DNA from: an uncultured Candidatus Rokubacteria bacterium
GTDB taxonomy: Bacteria; Methylomirabilota; Methylomirabilia; Rokubacteriales; DASRDR01
NCBI GenBank assembly: GCA_963826115.1
Contig: CAWGVS010000006.1
Coordinates: 224,001 to 288,000, forward strand
Reading direction: 5' to 3'
DNA: 64,000 nucleotides
Each line of letters starts with the position of its first letter. Position 1 is the stretch's first letter. The notes beneath the pieces were generated by a model. The model did not search any database. It saw only the letters and a program-made list of their open reading frames with translations, and had not been told where the DNA came from. Made by a program: the position numbers and the translations under genes. Below are positions 47,722 to 57,284 of the stretch, in pieces.

Positions 47722-49815
47722 GTGAACCCGGTCGCCAAGCCGCCCGTCGGCCTGGACACCCCCCTCCAGTACCTGAAGGGTGTGGGACCCCACCGGGCCG
47801 GGCTTCTCGAGCGCCTGGGTCTCCTGACGGTCGGGGACGCCCTGAATCACTTCCCCCGGGACTACCAGGACCGCCGAGCATTCGTGCCCTTCCACAAGCT
47901 CGCCCTCGGGGAGTCGGCCGTGGTGCAGGGGACCGTGTTCGGCGTGGCGCCGCCCCGGCGCGGATCCAAGGGGCCCCTCCTCGTGACCTTCCGGGACCAG
48001 ATGGGGTACTTCTCGGCGATCTGGTTCGGCAAGGGCTTCCTCGTGCACACGTTCAAGCGCGACCAGCGCGTGGTCCTCTACGGGAAGAAGATCGTCGGCA
48101 AGGACCGCAAGGTCGTCCTCGAGAACCCCGACTTCGAGATCGTCGAGGCCGACGATCTGGCGTCGATCCACATGGGTCGCGTGGTGCCCGTCTACCCGCT
48201 CACCGAGGGCGTGCTCCAGCGCTTCTTGCGGGGACTCCTCCACGACGTGGTCGTGGCGCATGCGAGCGAGGCCCCGGACATCCTGCCGGATGATCTCCGT
48301 CGCCGACGGAATCTCCTGCCGGTCTCCGCGGCGTACCGCACCGTGCACTTTCCGGAGCGTCTGGAAGACGTGGAGGAGGCGCGCCGGCGCTTCGCCTTCG
48401 AGGACTTCTTCGTGCTGCAGGTGGGTCTCGCGCTCAAGCGCCGCCGGCAGGCGCGCGAGCACGGCCGGCCGCTCGCCCCCGCGGGCGACCTCGTGGCGCG
48501 GCTCCTCCGCGGGCTGCCGTTCGCGCTGACGGCCGCGCAGGAGCGCGTCTGGTCGGAGATCCGAGGGGATCTCGGGCGCCCGGTGCCCATGAACCGCCTC
48601 CTCCAGGGCGACGTGGGGTCCGGCAAGACGATCGTCGCCGTCATGGGGCTCCTGACGGCGGTGGAGGCCGGGTGCCAGGCCGTCTTGATGGCGCCGACCG
48701 AGATCCTCGCCGAGCAGCACTTCCGGACGGTCCGCGGGCTCGTCGAGCCGCTCGGACTCACGGTGGCGTGGCTTTCCGCCGGCCTGCGGAGCCGGGAGCG
48801 TCAGGCTGCCCTGGAGGCGCTCCGGAGCGGCGCCGCCGCCATCGGGATCGGGACCCATGCCCTGATCCAGGAGGCCGTGGAGCTCCAGCGATTGGGGCTC
48901 GCCGTCGTCGACGAGCAGCACCGCTTCGGCGTGCTCCAGCGCGCGTCGCTCCGCGGCAAGGGCGAGCACCCGCACGTGCTCGTCATGACGGCGACGCCCA
49001 TCCCGCGGACGCTCGCCCTCACGCTCTACGGAGACCTCGACGTGTCCGTGCTCGACGAGCTGCCGCCCGGGCGGACACCCATCGTGACCAGGGTCCGCCG
49101 CGAGCCCGACCGAGAGCGGATCTACGGCTTCATCCGCGACGAGCTCCGCGCGGGCCGCCAGGCCTACGTGGTCTGCCCGCTCGTCGAGGAGACCGAGGCC
49201 AGCGACCTCAAGGCCGCGACCGAGATGGCGGAGCGTCTCACGGCCGGCCCGTTCCGGGACGTCCGGGTGGGCCTGATCCACGGGCGGCTCGGCTTCGACG
49301 CGAAGGAAGCGATCATGCGGGCGTTCAAGGCCCGGGAGATCGACCTCCTGGTGGCGACGACGGTGATCGAGGTCGGGATCGACGTGCCGAACGCGTCGGT
49401 GATGCTGATCGAGCACGCCGAGCGCTTCGGTCTGGCCCAGCTCCACCAGCTGCGCGGCCGCGTCGGCCGCGGGGCCGCCAAGTCCTTCTGCATCCTGCTC
49501 GCGAGCGGCCCCGCGTCCGACGAGGGTCAGCGGCGCCTCGCGGCCATGGAAGCCACGCAGGACGGGTTCCGGCTCTCGGAGGTCGATCTCGAGATCCGGG
49601 GCCCCGGCGAGTTCTTCGGGACCCGCCAGTCGGGTCTGCCCGAGTTCCGCACCGCGAGCCTCGTGACCCACGTGCGGCTCCTCGAGGAGGCGCGCCAGGA
49701 CGCCGCGCAGCTGATCCACAAGGACCCCGGGCTGCGCCTGCCCGAGCACCGGGCGCTCCGCGAGGCTCTCGTCGCCCGCTGGCGCGAGCGTCTCGAGCTG
49801 GCGTCGATCGGATAG
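47722..49815 (+). CDS. recG: ATP-dependent DNA helicase RecG
   Basis: LKGVGP, MNRLLQGDVGSGKT, DEQHRFG, MTATPIPRTL, QLHQLRGRVGRG, RGPGEFFGTRQSG. Confidence 0.96.
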   Translation: MNPVAKPPVGLDTPLQYLKGVGPHRAGLLERLGLLTVGDALNHFPRDYQDRRAFVPFHKLALGESAVVQGTVFGVAPPRRGSKGPLLVTFRDQMGYFSAIWFGKGFLVHTFKRDQRVVLYGKKIVGKDRKVVLENPDFEIVEADDLASIHMGRVVPVYPLTEGVLQRFLRGLLHDVVVAHASEAPDILPDDLRRRRNLLPVSAAYRTVHFPERLEDVEEARRRFAFEDFFVLQVGLALKRRRQAREHGRPLAPAGDLVARLLRGLPFALTAAQERVWSEIRGDLGRPVPMNRLLQGDVGSGKTIVAVMGLLTAVEAGCQAVLMAPTEILAEQHFRTVRGLVEPLGLTVAWLSAGLRSRERQAALEALRSGAAAIGIGTHALIQEAVELQRLGLAVVDEQHRFGVLQRASLRGKGEHPHVLVMTATPIPRTLALTLYGDLDVSVLDELPPGRTPIVTRVRREPDRERIYGFIRDELRAGRQAYVVCPLVEETEASDLKAATEMAERLTAGPFRDVRVGLIHGRLGFDAKEAIMRAFKAREIDLLVATTVIEVGIDVPNASVMLIEHAERFGLAQLHQLRGRVGRGAAKSFCILLASGPASDEGQRRLAAMEATQDGFRLSEVDLEIRGPGEFFGTRQSGLPEFRTASLVTHVRLLEEARQDAAQLIHKDPGLRLPEHRALREALVARWRERLELASIG

Positions 49816-49823
49816 GAGGACGC

Positions 49824-50405
49824 GTGCGCGTCATCGGTGGCCACGACCGAGGCCGGCGCCTCCGGGCGCCGCGAGGGCTCGCGACCCGGCCCACGGCCGA
49901 CCGCGTCCGCGTGACCCTGTTCGATGTCCTCGGGCCCGCGGTGGCCGGCGCGCGCCTCCTCGACCTCTTCGCCGGCACCGGCGCCGTCGGGATCGAGGCC
50001 CTGTCCCGGGGCGCGGCGCGCGCCGTCCTGGTGGAACGGGACCAGTCGGCCCTGCGGGCCCTGCGGGCGAACCTCGCCGCGCTCGACGCGTCACGGGCGG
50101 CGGCGCGCGTCCTGGCGGGCGACGTCCTCCGTCTTCTGCCGGAGATCGGGGCGCAGGAAGGACCGTTCGACCTCGTGTTCCTCGATCCCCCGTATGCGAC
50201 CAGCCTGGCCGTCCGGACGCTGGAGGCGCTCCGCGGCGCGGGCGTCTGTCGCGAGGGGACCGAGGTGGTCGTGCAGCACTCCACGCGGACCGTGCTGCCG
50301 TCCGTGCCGGGCCTCGTCGAGCACCGTCGCACGCGTCGTTTTGGCGACACTGCCTTGACTTTCCTTCGAGCCGAGGGGTACACTCCCGACGGCTCGAGGC
50401 CCTGA
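49824..50405 (+). CDS. rsmD: 16S rRNA m2G966 methyltransferase
   Basis: GTG 49824 after AGGAGG: RVIGG..RGRRL, RPTADRVR, DLFAGTGAVGIEALSRGA, FLDPPY. Confidence 0.93.
   Translation: MRVIGGHDRGRRLRAPRGLATRPTADRVRVTLFDVLGPAVAGARLLDLFAGTGAVGIEALSRGAARAVLVERDQSALRALRANLAALDASRAAARVLAGDVLRLLPEIGAQEGPFDLVFLDPPYATSLAVRTLEALRGAGVCREGTEVVVQHSTRTVLPSVPGLVEHRRTRRFGDTALTFLRAEGYTPDGSRP
50355..50384 (+). promoter_or_regulatory. Putative promoter for coaD inside the rsmD 3' end
   Basis: TTGACT-18 nt-TACACT. Confidence 0.55.
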
Positions 50406-50501
50406 GTGCGCGACTTCGTTGGCGCCGCGCGGCCCGATCAGGAGCTCGACGTGAGCCGCGGCCGCCAGCTCACCTAAGCGCCGACACAGCAGGAGCGATC
50501 C

Positions 50502-50987
50502 GTGGCTGTCCGCGCCGTCTATCCGGGCTCGTTCGACCCGCTGACCAACGGGCACCTCGATCTCATCGAGCGGAGCCTCCGGCTGTTCGACGAGCTGGTG
50601 GTCGCGGTCGTGACGAATCCGGCGAAGACCGCGCTGTTCACGGACGAGGAACGCATCGACATGATCCGCGAGGCGACGCGGCACCTGGGCGAGCTCGAGG
50701 TCGTCGTGTTCGACGGGCTCCTGGTGGATCTCACCGCCCGACTCGGCGCGCGCGCGATCATCCGCGGCCTGCGGGCCGTGTCCGACTTCGAGTACGAGTT
50801 CCAGATGGCCCTGATGAACCGGAAGCTCCGCGAGGAGGTCGAGACGGTCTTCCTGATGCCGCACGAGGCGTACTCGTACATTTCCTCGCGCCTGATCAAG
50901 GAGGTCGCCGGCCACGGAGGCTCCGTCAAGGGCCTGGTCCCGGTCGGCGTCGAGAAGCGGCTCCGGGAGAAGCTGCGCCGCAGCTGA
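50502..50987 (+). CDS. coaD: Phosphopantetheine adenylyltransferase
   Basis: YPGSFDPLTNGH, RGLRAVSDFEYE, ISSRLIKE. Confidence 0.96.
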   Translation: MAVRAVYPGSFDPLTNGHLDLIERSLRLFDELVVAVVTNPAKTALFTDEERIDMIREATRHLGELEVVVFDGLLVDLTARLGARAIIRGLRAVSDFEYEFQMALMNRKLREEVETVFLMPHEAYSYISSRLIKEVAGHGGSVKGLVPVGVEKRLREKLRRS

Positions 50988-51014
50988 TCCCGGCCCGCGA
51001 GACCACCAAGAGGA

Positions 51015-52217
51015 GTGACGCAACCCATGCTGGCCGCGCGCGCCCGTCGCCTGACCCCGTCCCCGACCCTGGCCCTCTCCGCCCGGGCCCGCGCCCTGCG
51101 GGCGCAGGGCATCGACGTCCTGTCCTTCACCGCCGGGGAGCCCGACTTCGACACGCCCGAGCGCGTGAAGGAGGCCGCGATCCGCGCGCTTCGCGAGGGC
51201 AAGACCAAGTACACGGACGCGGGGGGGATCCCCGAGCTCAAGGCGGCCATCTGCGCCAAGTTGAAGCGTGACAACGGGCTTTCGTACGAGCCTGCGGAGG
51301 TCATCGCCTCCGTCGGCGCCAAGCACACGCTCTACAACATCTGCGCGGTCCTGGTCGATCCCGGCGACGAGGTGATCGTGCCGTCGCCGTACTGGGTGAG
51401 CTACACGGAGCAGGTGCGTCTCTTCGACGGCGTGCCCGTGGTGGTGCCTACCGACGAGGCGCGGGGCTTCCAGCTCGACCTGTCCGCGCTCCGCCGCGCG
51501 GTCACGCCGCGGACCAAGCTCCTGCTGCTCAACAGCCCGAACAATCCGACCGGAGCCGTGTATCCGCGGGCCGACCTCGAGCGGGTCGCCGCGCTCGCGC
51601 TGGAGCACGGGTTCCACGTCGTGTCCGACGAGTGCTACGACGCGCTGGCCTACGACGGGCGCGTGCCGAGCATCGCGGAGCTGGGTCCGGAGATCAAGGC
51701 GCGCACGCTCCTCGTCAACACGTGCTCCAAGGCCTACGCGATGACCGGCTGGCGGCTCGGCTTCGCCGCCGGGTCGCGCGAGATCGTGAAGGCGATGGGG
51801 GACTTCCAGGGCCAGTGCACGTCGAACCCGACCTCGATCGCTCAGTGGGCCGCGGTTGAGGCGCTCGGGGGATTGCAGGACGAGGTGGCGAAGATGGCCG
51901 GCGAGTTCGACCAGCGTCGGCGGGTGATCGTCGCGGGCCTGAACCGCATCCCGGGCTGGCGCTGTCCCATGCCACCGGGCGCCTTCTACGCCTTCCCCGA
52001 CGTGTCCGGGCTGTTCGGTCGCCGCTACAAGGGCCAGCCGCTCCGGGGCTCGGCGGACGTGACGGCGTTCCTGCTCGAGGCGGCGCGGGTGGCCGTCGTG
52101 CCGGGCGTCGACTTCGGCTCCGACCGGCACCTCCGTATTTCCTACGCGTGCGGCCTCGAGCAGATCCGCGAGGGTCTCGCGCGGATCGAGATGGCCTGCG
52201 CCGGCCTGGAGGGCTGA
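51015..52217 (+). CDS. PLP-dependent class I/II aminotransferase (aspartate aminotransferase-like)
   Basis: GEPDF, NSPNNPTG, SDECY, SKAYAMTGWRLG, GAFYAFP. Confidence 0.93.
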   Translation: MTQPMLAARARRLTPSPTLALSARARALRAQGIDVLSFTAGEPDFDTPERVKEAAIRALREGKTKYTDAGGIPELKAAICAKLKRDNGLSYEPAEVIASVGAKHTLYNICAVLVDPGDEVIVPSPYWVSYTEQVRLFDGVPVVVPTDEARGFQLDLSALRRAVTPRTKLLLLNSPNNPTGAVYPRADLERVAALALEHGFHVVSDECYDALAYDGRVPSIAELGPEIKARTLLVNTCSKAYAMTGWRLGFAAGSREIVKAMGDFQGQCTSNPTSIAQWAAVEALGGLQDEVAKMAGEFDQRRRVIVAGLNRIPGWRCPMPPGAFYAFPDVSGLFGRRYKGQPLRGSADVTAFLLEAARVAVVPGVDFGSDRHLRISYACGLEQIREGLARIEMACAGLEG

Positions 52218-52236
52218 GCCCCCGGAGGCGCCGCGC

Positions 52237-53274
52237 GTGAGCCCGGACCCGCGGTCGCCGGTCGTCGCCTCGTGGGCGGCGGCACTCGCCGCGGTGCGGG
52301 CAGCGCGAGTCACGCTCCTCCTGGGCGCGAGCGACACCGGCAAGACCAGCCTGGTGGCCTCCCTGGCAACCGCGCTCCTGGAGGCGGGCGACTCCGTCGC
52401 GGTCGTCGACGCGGACCTCGGGCAGTCCGAGATCGGGCCGCCCACCACCGTGGGGCTCGGCCGGCCGCGGGCGGGCTTCGCCTGCCTCGGCGACGCGGAG
52501 GTCGTCGGTCTCTGCTTCGTCGGGGACACCTCACCCCGCGACCACGTCGTCGAGACGGTGCTCGCCACCCACCGCATGACCGCCCGGGCCCGCGCGCTCG
52601 GCGTCGACCGCGTCATCGTGGACACCTCCGGGCTCGTCCAGGGAGAGGGCGGTCGGACCCTCAAGCAGGCGAAGATCGACCTGGTCGCGCCCGACCTGGT
52701 CGTCTGCCTCCAGCGCGCCGGCGAGTGCGAGGCGATCCTGCGGCCCTACGCGGGGAACCGGGCGCCGGCGATTCTCCGGCTGACCCCGGCGCCCGCGGTC
52801 CGGCGGCGGACGCCCGAGGAGCGGCGCCTTCACCGAGAGCACGCGCTCGCCGCCTACTTCGCGGGCGCGCGCGCGGTCACCCTCGATCTCGGCCGGGTCG
52901 CCCTCCGGGCCCCGGCCCTCTACGCGGGCCCGGCCCTGTCGGCGGGCGAGACCGAAGCGCTCGCGGCGCGGCTCGACGATGCCGTGCTGTGGGCGGAGCG
53001 GCGCGGACCGGAGGTCGCGGTCGTGACGCCCGGGCGACTGCGCGAGTCGCAGCTCCAGGCGTTCGCCGCCGCACAGCCGGCGGCGTCGCTCGTCCACTGC
53101 TCGCTCGACGACTTCCAGGACGCGCTCGCGGGGCTCGACGACCGGGAGCGCGAGACGGTGGGGCTCGGCGTCGTGCGCGCGGTCGACTTCGTCAAGCGGA
53201 CCATGGTCGTCGAGACGCCGGTCCCCGAGCCCGCGATCGCCGCCGTCCGGCTGGGCCGGCTCCGGCCCCGCTGA
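52237..53274 (+). CDS. Clp1/Grc3-like polynucleotide 5'-hydroxyl kinase
   Basis: GASDTGKTS Walker A, DADLGQSEIGPPTT, FVGDTSP, IVDTSG, R-x-x-EERR-x-x-R lid. Confidence 0.8.
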   Translation: MSPDPRSPVVASWAAALAAVRAARVTLLLGASDTGKTSLVASLATALLEAGDSVAVVDADLGQSEIGPPTTVGLGRPRAGFACLGDAEVVGLCFVGDTSPRDHVVETVLATHRMTARARALGVDRVIVDTSGLVQGEGGRTLKQAKIDLVAPDLVVCLQRAGECEAILRPYAGNRAPAILRLTPAPAVRRRTPEERRLHREHALAAYFAGARAVTLDLGRVALRAPALYAGPALSAGETEALAARLDDAVLWAERRGPEVAVVTPGRLRESQLQAFAAAQPAASLVHCSLDDFQDALAGLDDRERETVGLGVVRAVDFVKRTMVVETPVPEPAIAAVRLGRLRPR

Positions 53275-53290
53275 CCCGGCGGCGCGCTCG

Positions 53291-54205
53291 ATGAGCAAGG
53301 TCCTGCCGCTCGGGGAGGCCCTGCGGCGCCACGTGCCCGACGGGGCCTCGGTGGCCATGGGCACGGCGCTCGAGTGCCTCATCCCCTTCGCCGCTGCGCA
53401 CGAGCTGATCCGCCAGGGGCGACGCGACCTCACGCTGGTGGGGCCGATCTCGGACATCTGCTTCGAGCAGCTCATCGCCGCCGGCTGCGTGCGGCAGGTC
53501 GTTGCCGCGTGGGTCGGGAACGTGCAGCACGGCGCGGCCTACGCCTTCCGCCGCGCCCTCGAGCAGGGGATCCCGCGTCCGCTCGACATCGAGGACCACT
53601 CGAACTTCTCGATCGCGCTTGCGCTGGAGGCGGCCGCGCAGGGCGTGCCCTACCTGCCGACGCGGAGCCTGCTGGGCTCGGACCTCCTCGTCCGCAATCC
53701 CCGGCTGCGCGTGGCGCCGTGTCCCTTCACGGGCATGCCGCTGGTCCTGGTGCCGGCCCTCGCTCCGGATGTGGCGATCCTCCACGTCCAGCGCGCGGAC
53801 CCGGACGGGAGCTGCCACGCGTGGGGCCCGACCGGTGTCAGCGCCGCGGCCGGCAAGGCCAGCCGGGCGGTCATCCTGCTGACCGAGGAGCTCGTCGAGC
53901 CCGCCGTCATCCGGAGCGACCCGAACCGCACGCTCCTGCCGGGGTTCCTGGTGACCGCCGTCGTCCACCTGCCGCGGGGCGCCCACCCGTCGCCCGTCCA
54001 GGGGCACTACAACCGGGACCACGCGTCTTACGCGGACTGGCACGCGCGCTCGTCGACGGCGGAGGGCGCCGAAGCGTGGCTCGACGAGTGGGTACGGGAT
54101 CCCGGAAGCCACGCCGGCTATCTCGCCAAGCTCGGGTCGGCCCGCCTCGAGCAGCTTCGGCCCCGCGCCGCACAGCTCGCGGCGGCGGTCGACTACGGCT
54201 GCTGA
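53291..54205 (+). CDS. Family I CoA-transferase subunit A (GctA/CatI-like)
   Basis: HELIRQGRRDLTL, AAAQGVPYLPTRSLLGSD, PDVAILHVQRAD, GAHPS..QGHY.RD. Confidence 0.88.
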   Translation: MSKVLPLGEALRRHVPDGASVAMGTALECLIPFAAAHELIRQGRRDLTLVGPISDICFEQLIAAGCVRQVVAAWVGNVQHGAAYAFRRALEQGIPRPLDIEDHSNFSIALALEAAAQGVPYLPTRSLLGSDLLVRNPRLRVAPCPFTGMPLVLVPALAPDVAILHVQRADPDGSCHAWGPTGVSAAAGKASRAVILLTEELVEPAVIRSDPNRTLLPGFLVTAVVHLPRGAHPSPVQGHYNRDHASYADWHARSSTAEGAEAWLDEWVRDPGSHAGYLAKLGSARLEQLRPRAAQLAAAVDYGC

Positions 54206-54215
54206 GGTCCGCCCC

Positions 54216-55001
54216 GTGACCCCCGACTACACGCCGGCCGAGCTGATGGTCGCCGCGGCGGCGCGCGAGATCCAGGACGGCGAGGTCGTCTTCGTGGGCA
54301 TGCGGCTCCCGCTGCTCGCGTTCTGCCTCGCGCGGTCGACCCACGCGCCGACCGCGGTCGGGCTGTTCGAGAACGGCGTCGTGCGGGACTCGGCGGCGCT
54401 CGCGTTCCTGGTGACGATGTCGGACGGTCCCAACGTGACCGGCGCCGTCTGGTGCACCGAGATGCGCGAGGTCATGGGCCTGATGCAGTCGGGCCGGGTG
54501 ACGCTCGGGTTCATCGGTGGCGCCCAGGTGGACCGCTTCGGCAACCTCAACACCACGTACGTCGGCGCGCTGGGCCGGCGCGTCCGCCTGCCGGGGTCCG
54601 GCGGCGCGCCTGACATCGCGTCGCTCGCGCGCCGGCACGTCGTGATCATGGCGCACGAGCGGCGCCGTTTCGTGGAGCGGGTCGATTACGTGACCTCGCC
54701 GGGCCACGGCACCGGCGGGGACTGGCGGGCTCGGACGGGGCTTCCCGGCAGCGGCCCGTCCGCCGTGATCACCACGCTCGGGCTGTTCCGGTTCGACGCC
54801 GCGACCCGCGAGATGGTCCTGGCGAGCGTGCACCCCGGCGCGACGGTCGAGGGGATCCAGGCGGAGACGGGCTGGCCCCTGCGCTTCGCCGATCGCGTGA
54901 CGGAGACGGCGCCGCCGACGGCGGACGAGCTGGCGATGATCCGGCGGTTCGATCCCGAGGGCTTCTGGACCGGCGCCCGGCGCCGAGCCCTCGGCGGATG
55001 A
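54216..55001 (+). CDS. Family I CoA-transferase subunit B (GctB/CatJ-like)
   Basis: VFVGMRLP, FENG (catalytic Glu position), AQVDRFGNLNTT, RLPGSGGA, VDYVTSPG. Confidence 0.88.
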   Translation: MTPDYTPAELMVAAAAREIQDGEVVFVGMRLPLLAFCLARSTHAPTAVGLFENGVVRDSAALAFLVTMSDGPNVTGAVWCTEMREVMGLMQSGRVTLGFIGGAQVDRFGNLNTTYVGALGRRVRLPGSGGAPDIASLARRHVVIMAHERRRFVERVDYVTSPGHGTGGDWRARTGLPGSGPSAVITTLGLFRFDAATREMVLASVHPGATVEGIQAETGWPLRFADRVTETAPPTADELAMIRRFDPEGFWTGARRRALGG

Positions 55002-56248
55002 GCGACGGGAGGGACCGGATGGTTCGAGACACGGACGTGGTGGTGATCGGATCGGGCGGCCTCGGGGCGGCCACCGCCTACTTCCTGATGCGCCGCGGCG
55101 GCCGGCGCGTGGCGCTGCTCGACCGCCACGACCTCGCGTCGCAGACCTCGCCGCGCGCCGCGGGGAACGCCGCGCTGCTCCGCTCGACGGACGTGATGTG
55201 CCGGCTCGCGGGCCGCGCGGTGGACTGGCTCCTCCGGTTCACCGAGGACACGGGCGAGCCGCTCGACATCGTCCGGTCGGGGAGCCTGAAGGCCGCGCGG
55301 ACCGACGCGGACGCCGCCATCCTCGCGAAGGAGGCGGCGCGGGGACAGGCCCTCGGGCTCGGCACCACCCTCGTCTCGCCCGAGTCGGCCCACCGGATGC
55401 ATCCCTTCTTCCACCCGGGCGGCGTGCGGTCCGTCGTGCACACCCCGGGCGACGTCTACTTCGAGCCGTCCCACGTCGCGGCCGGCTACGCGGCGGCGGC
55501 CGGCAAGCTGGGCGCGACGCTCCTGCCGCGCACGACGGTGACCGGCGTCCACGTGCGGGCCGGCGTGGTCGAGGGCGTCGAGACGGACCGGGGCCGCATC
55601 GACAGTCCGGTCGTGGTCGATGCGGCCGGGGCGTGGGCGCGCCAGGTCGCGGCGGGGGCGGGCATCCACGTGCCGATGATCCCCACGCGCCACCAGGTCC
55701 TGATCACCGAGCCGGTCGAAGGCGTGCGGCCGGAGCTGCCGATCGTCCGGATCATGGACGCCGCGGTGTACGTCCGGCCCTGCTGGGGCGGGTTCCTCGC
55801 GGGCGGCTACGAGACGACGCCCACGCAGTTCGACATGGACGCGCTCCCGCGGGGGTTCTCGATCGCGGACACGCCGCTGGACCTCGCGGTGCTCCGCCGG
55901 CTGATGGACGGGGTGCGGGAGCAGTTGCCGGTGCTGTCGACCGCGCCGCTCCGCCTCCACCGCGGCGGCATCCCCACGATGACGCCCGACGGCCAGCACA
56001 TCGTCGGCCCGGTGCCGGGCGCGGCCGGCTTCTTCGTCGCGAGCGGCTGCAACGTCGCGGGCCTGTCGATCTCGCCCGCGATCGGCGAGGAGCTGGCCCG
56101 GTGGATCGTGGACGGGCGCTCCTCCGAGGACCTCAGCGACATGTCGATCGCGCGCTTCGGGCCCGAGTGGCGCGACGAGGCGCGCCTCCGGCGGGCCGCG
56201 GCCTGGGAGTACTGGCACTTCTACTCCTACGACGCCCCGCACGCCTGA
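54998..56248 (+). CDS. FAD-dependent amine oxidoreductase (DAO / sarcosine oxidase-like)
   Basis: VVVIGSGGLG, TSPRAAG, VDAAGAW, TPDGQHIVGP. Confidence 0.85.
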   Translation: MSDGRDRMVRDTDVVVIGSGGLGAATAYFLMRRGGRRVALLDRHDLASQTSPRAAGNAALLRSTDVMCRLAGRAVDWLLRFTEDTGEPLDIVRSGSLKAARTDADAAILAKEAARGQALGLGTTLVSPESAHRMHPFFHPGGVRSVVHTPGDVYFEPSHVAAGYAAAAGKLGATLLPRTTVTGVHVRAGVVEGVETDRGRIDSPVVVDAAGAWARQVAAGAGIHVPMIPTRHQVLITEPVEGVRPELPIVRIMDAAVYVRPCWGGFLAGGYETTPTQFDMDALPRGFSIADTPLDLAVLRRLMDGVREQLPVLSTAPLRLHRGGIPTMTPDGQHIVGPVPGAAGFFVASGCNVAGLSISPAIGEELARWIVDGRSSEDLSDMSIARFGPEWRDEARLRRAAAWEYWHFYSYDAPHA

Positions 56249-56266
56249 GCGAGGCGGACGGCCCGG

Positions 56267-56628
56267 ATGGTCTCGATCACGAACCTGGCCCAGGCCCCGG
56301 GACCCCGATGCGAGACCGGGGCGAGCAGATGCTGCTCATCAACCCAGACATGGGCGCGCGGTCCCTGGACGTTCACGTCAGCATCCTGCGACCGTCCGGC
56401 CCCGACGGGCGGTACCACTTCCATCCGGACAGCGAGAACGTGTACATCGTCCTGAGCGGCACCGGTCGCTTTCGTCGCGGAGGGCGCCGAGTACGCGCTC
56501 ACGAAGGACGATGGGGTCCTTCCCGCGGAGGTGAAGCACTCGCTCGCCGCGCGGGGCGCCGAAGACCTCGTCATCGTCGAGATCTACACGCCGGCCCGGC
56601 GCAGTTCGTCCCGGTCGAGTCGTCCTGA
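56267..56628 (+). pseudogene. Frameshifted cupin-domain gene
   Basis: Pieces MVSITNLAQAPG / MRDRGEQ...YHFHPDSENVYIVLSGTG / FVAEGAEYALTKDDGVLPAEVKH...EIYTP / QFVPVESS* alternate between two frames (shifts near 56303, 56470, 56597). Confidence 0.7.
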
Positions 56629-56714
56629 CGACGCGCCGGACCTCGTCCTAGTGACGGGTCCGTCCCGCCGCGGCCCGGGGGGCCAGATCGGTCTGGGGAG
56701 GCGCCCGACGAGGG

Positions 56715-56770
56715 TTGACAGTCGGCGCCAGTATTCAGTATGTATTAACTAGATTTCATCCACTCTGAAT
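56715..56770 (+). promoter_or_regulatory. AT-rich promoter/operator region of the hcr-box operon
   Basis: TTGACA at 56715-56720; AT-rich patch bracketed by inverted ATTCAG (56733-56738) / CTGAAT (56765-56770). Confidence 0.5.
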
Positions 56771-56792
56771 GTCGGCATCCGGGGGGCGCGCC

Positions 56793-57284
56793 ATGCGGAG
56801 CCTCATGTCCCTCAGCGTGAACGGGGAGCGCCGGGAGGTGGCCGTTCCGGTCCACCGGACGCTCCTCGAGGTGCTGCGCGAGGACCTCGGCCTGCCGGGG
56901 ACCAAGCACGGCTGCGAGCTCGGCGAGTGCGGGACGTGCACGGTGCTCCTGGACGGCCAGCCCGTCCTCTCCTGCCTGGCGCTGGCCGTGGAATGCCAGA
57001 CGGCCGCCATTCTGACCGTGGAGGGCCTGGCGCGAGGTAGCCAGCTGGACCCGCTCCAGCAGGCCTTCGCGGAGCTCGGCGCCGCGCAGTGCGGGTACTG
57101 CACGCCCGGGATCCTGCTCACCGCCCGGGCGCTGCTCGACGCGACGCCCCGGCCCGACCGCGACGAGATCCGTGCCGCGCTCGCCGGGAACCTCTGCCGC
57201 TGCACGGGGTACACGAAGATCCTCGACGCGGTCGAGCTGGCCGCCGACCGGACCGCGGGTCAGGCCGCGGGGAGCCGGCCATGA
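56793..57284 (+). CDS. hcrC: 4-hydroxybenzoyl-CoA reductase-like 2x[2Fe-2S] subunit
   Basis: GTKHGCELGECGTC, QCGYC, GNLCRCTGY. Confidence 0.75.
   Translation: MRSLMSLSVNGERREVAVPVHRTLLEVLREDLGLPGTKHGCELGECGTCTVLLDGQPVLSCLALAVECQTAAILTVEGLARGSQLDPLQQAFAELGAAQCGYCTPGILLTARALLDATPRPDRDEIRAALAGNLCRCTGYTKILDAVELAADRTAGQAAGSRP

Noticed and set aside
53291-55001. CoA-transferase as the activator of 4-hydroxybenzoate for hcr-box
   Set aside because: It lies in a different predicted transcription unit, and family membership gives no substrate evidence.
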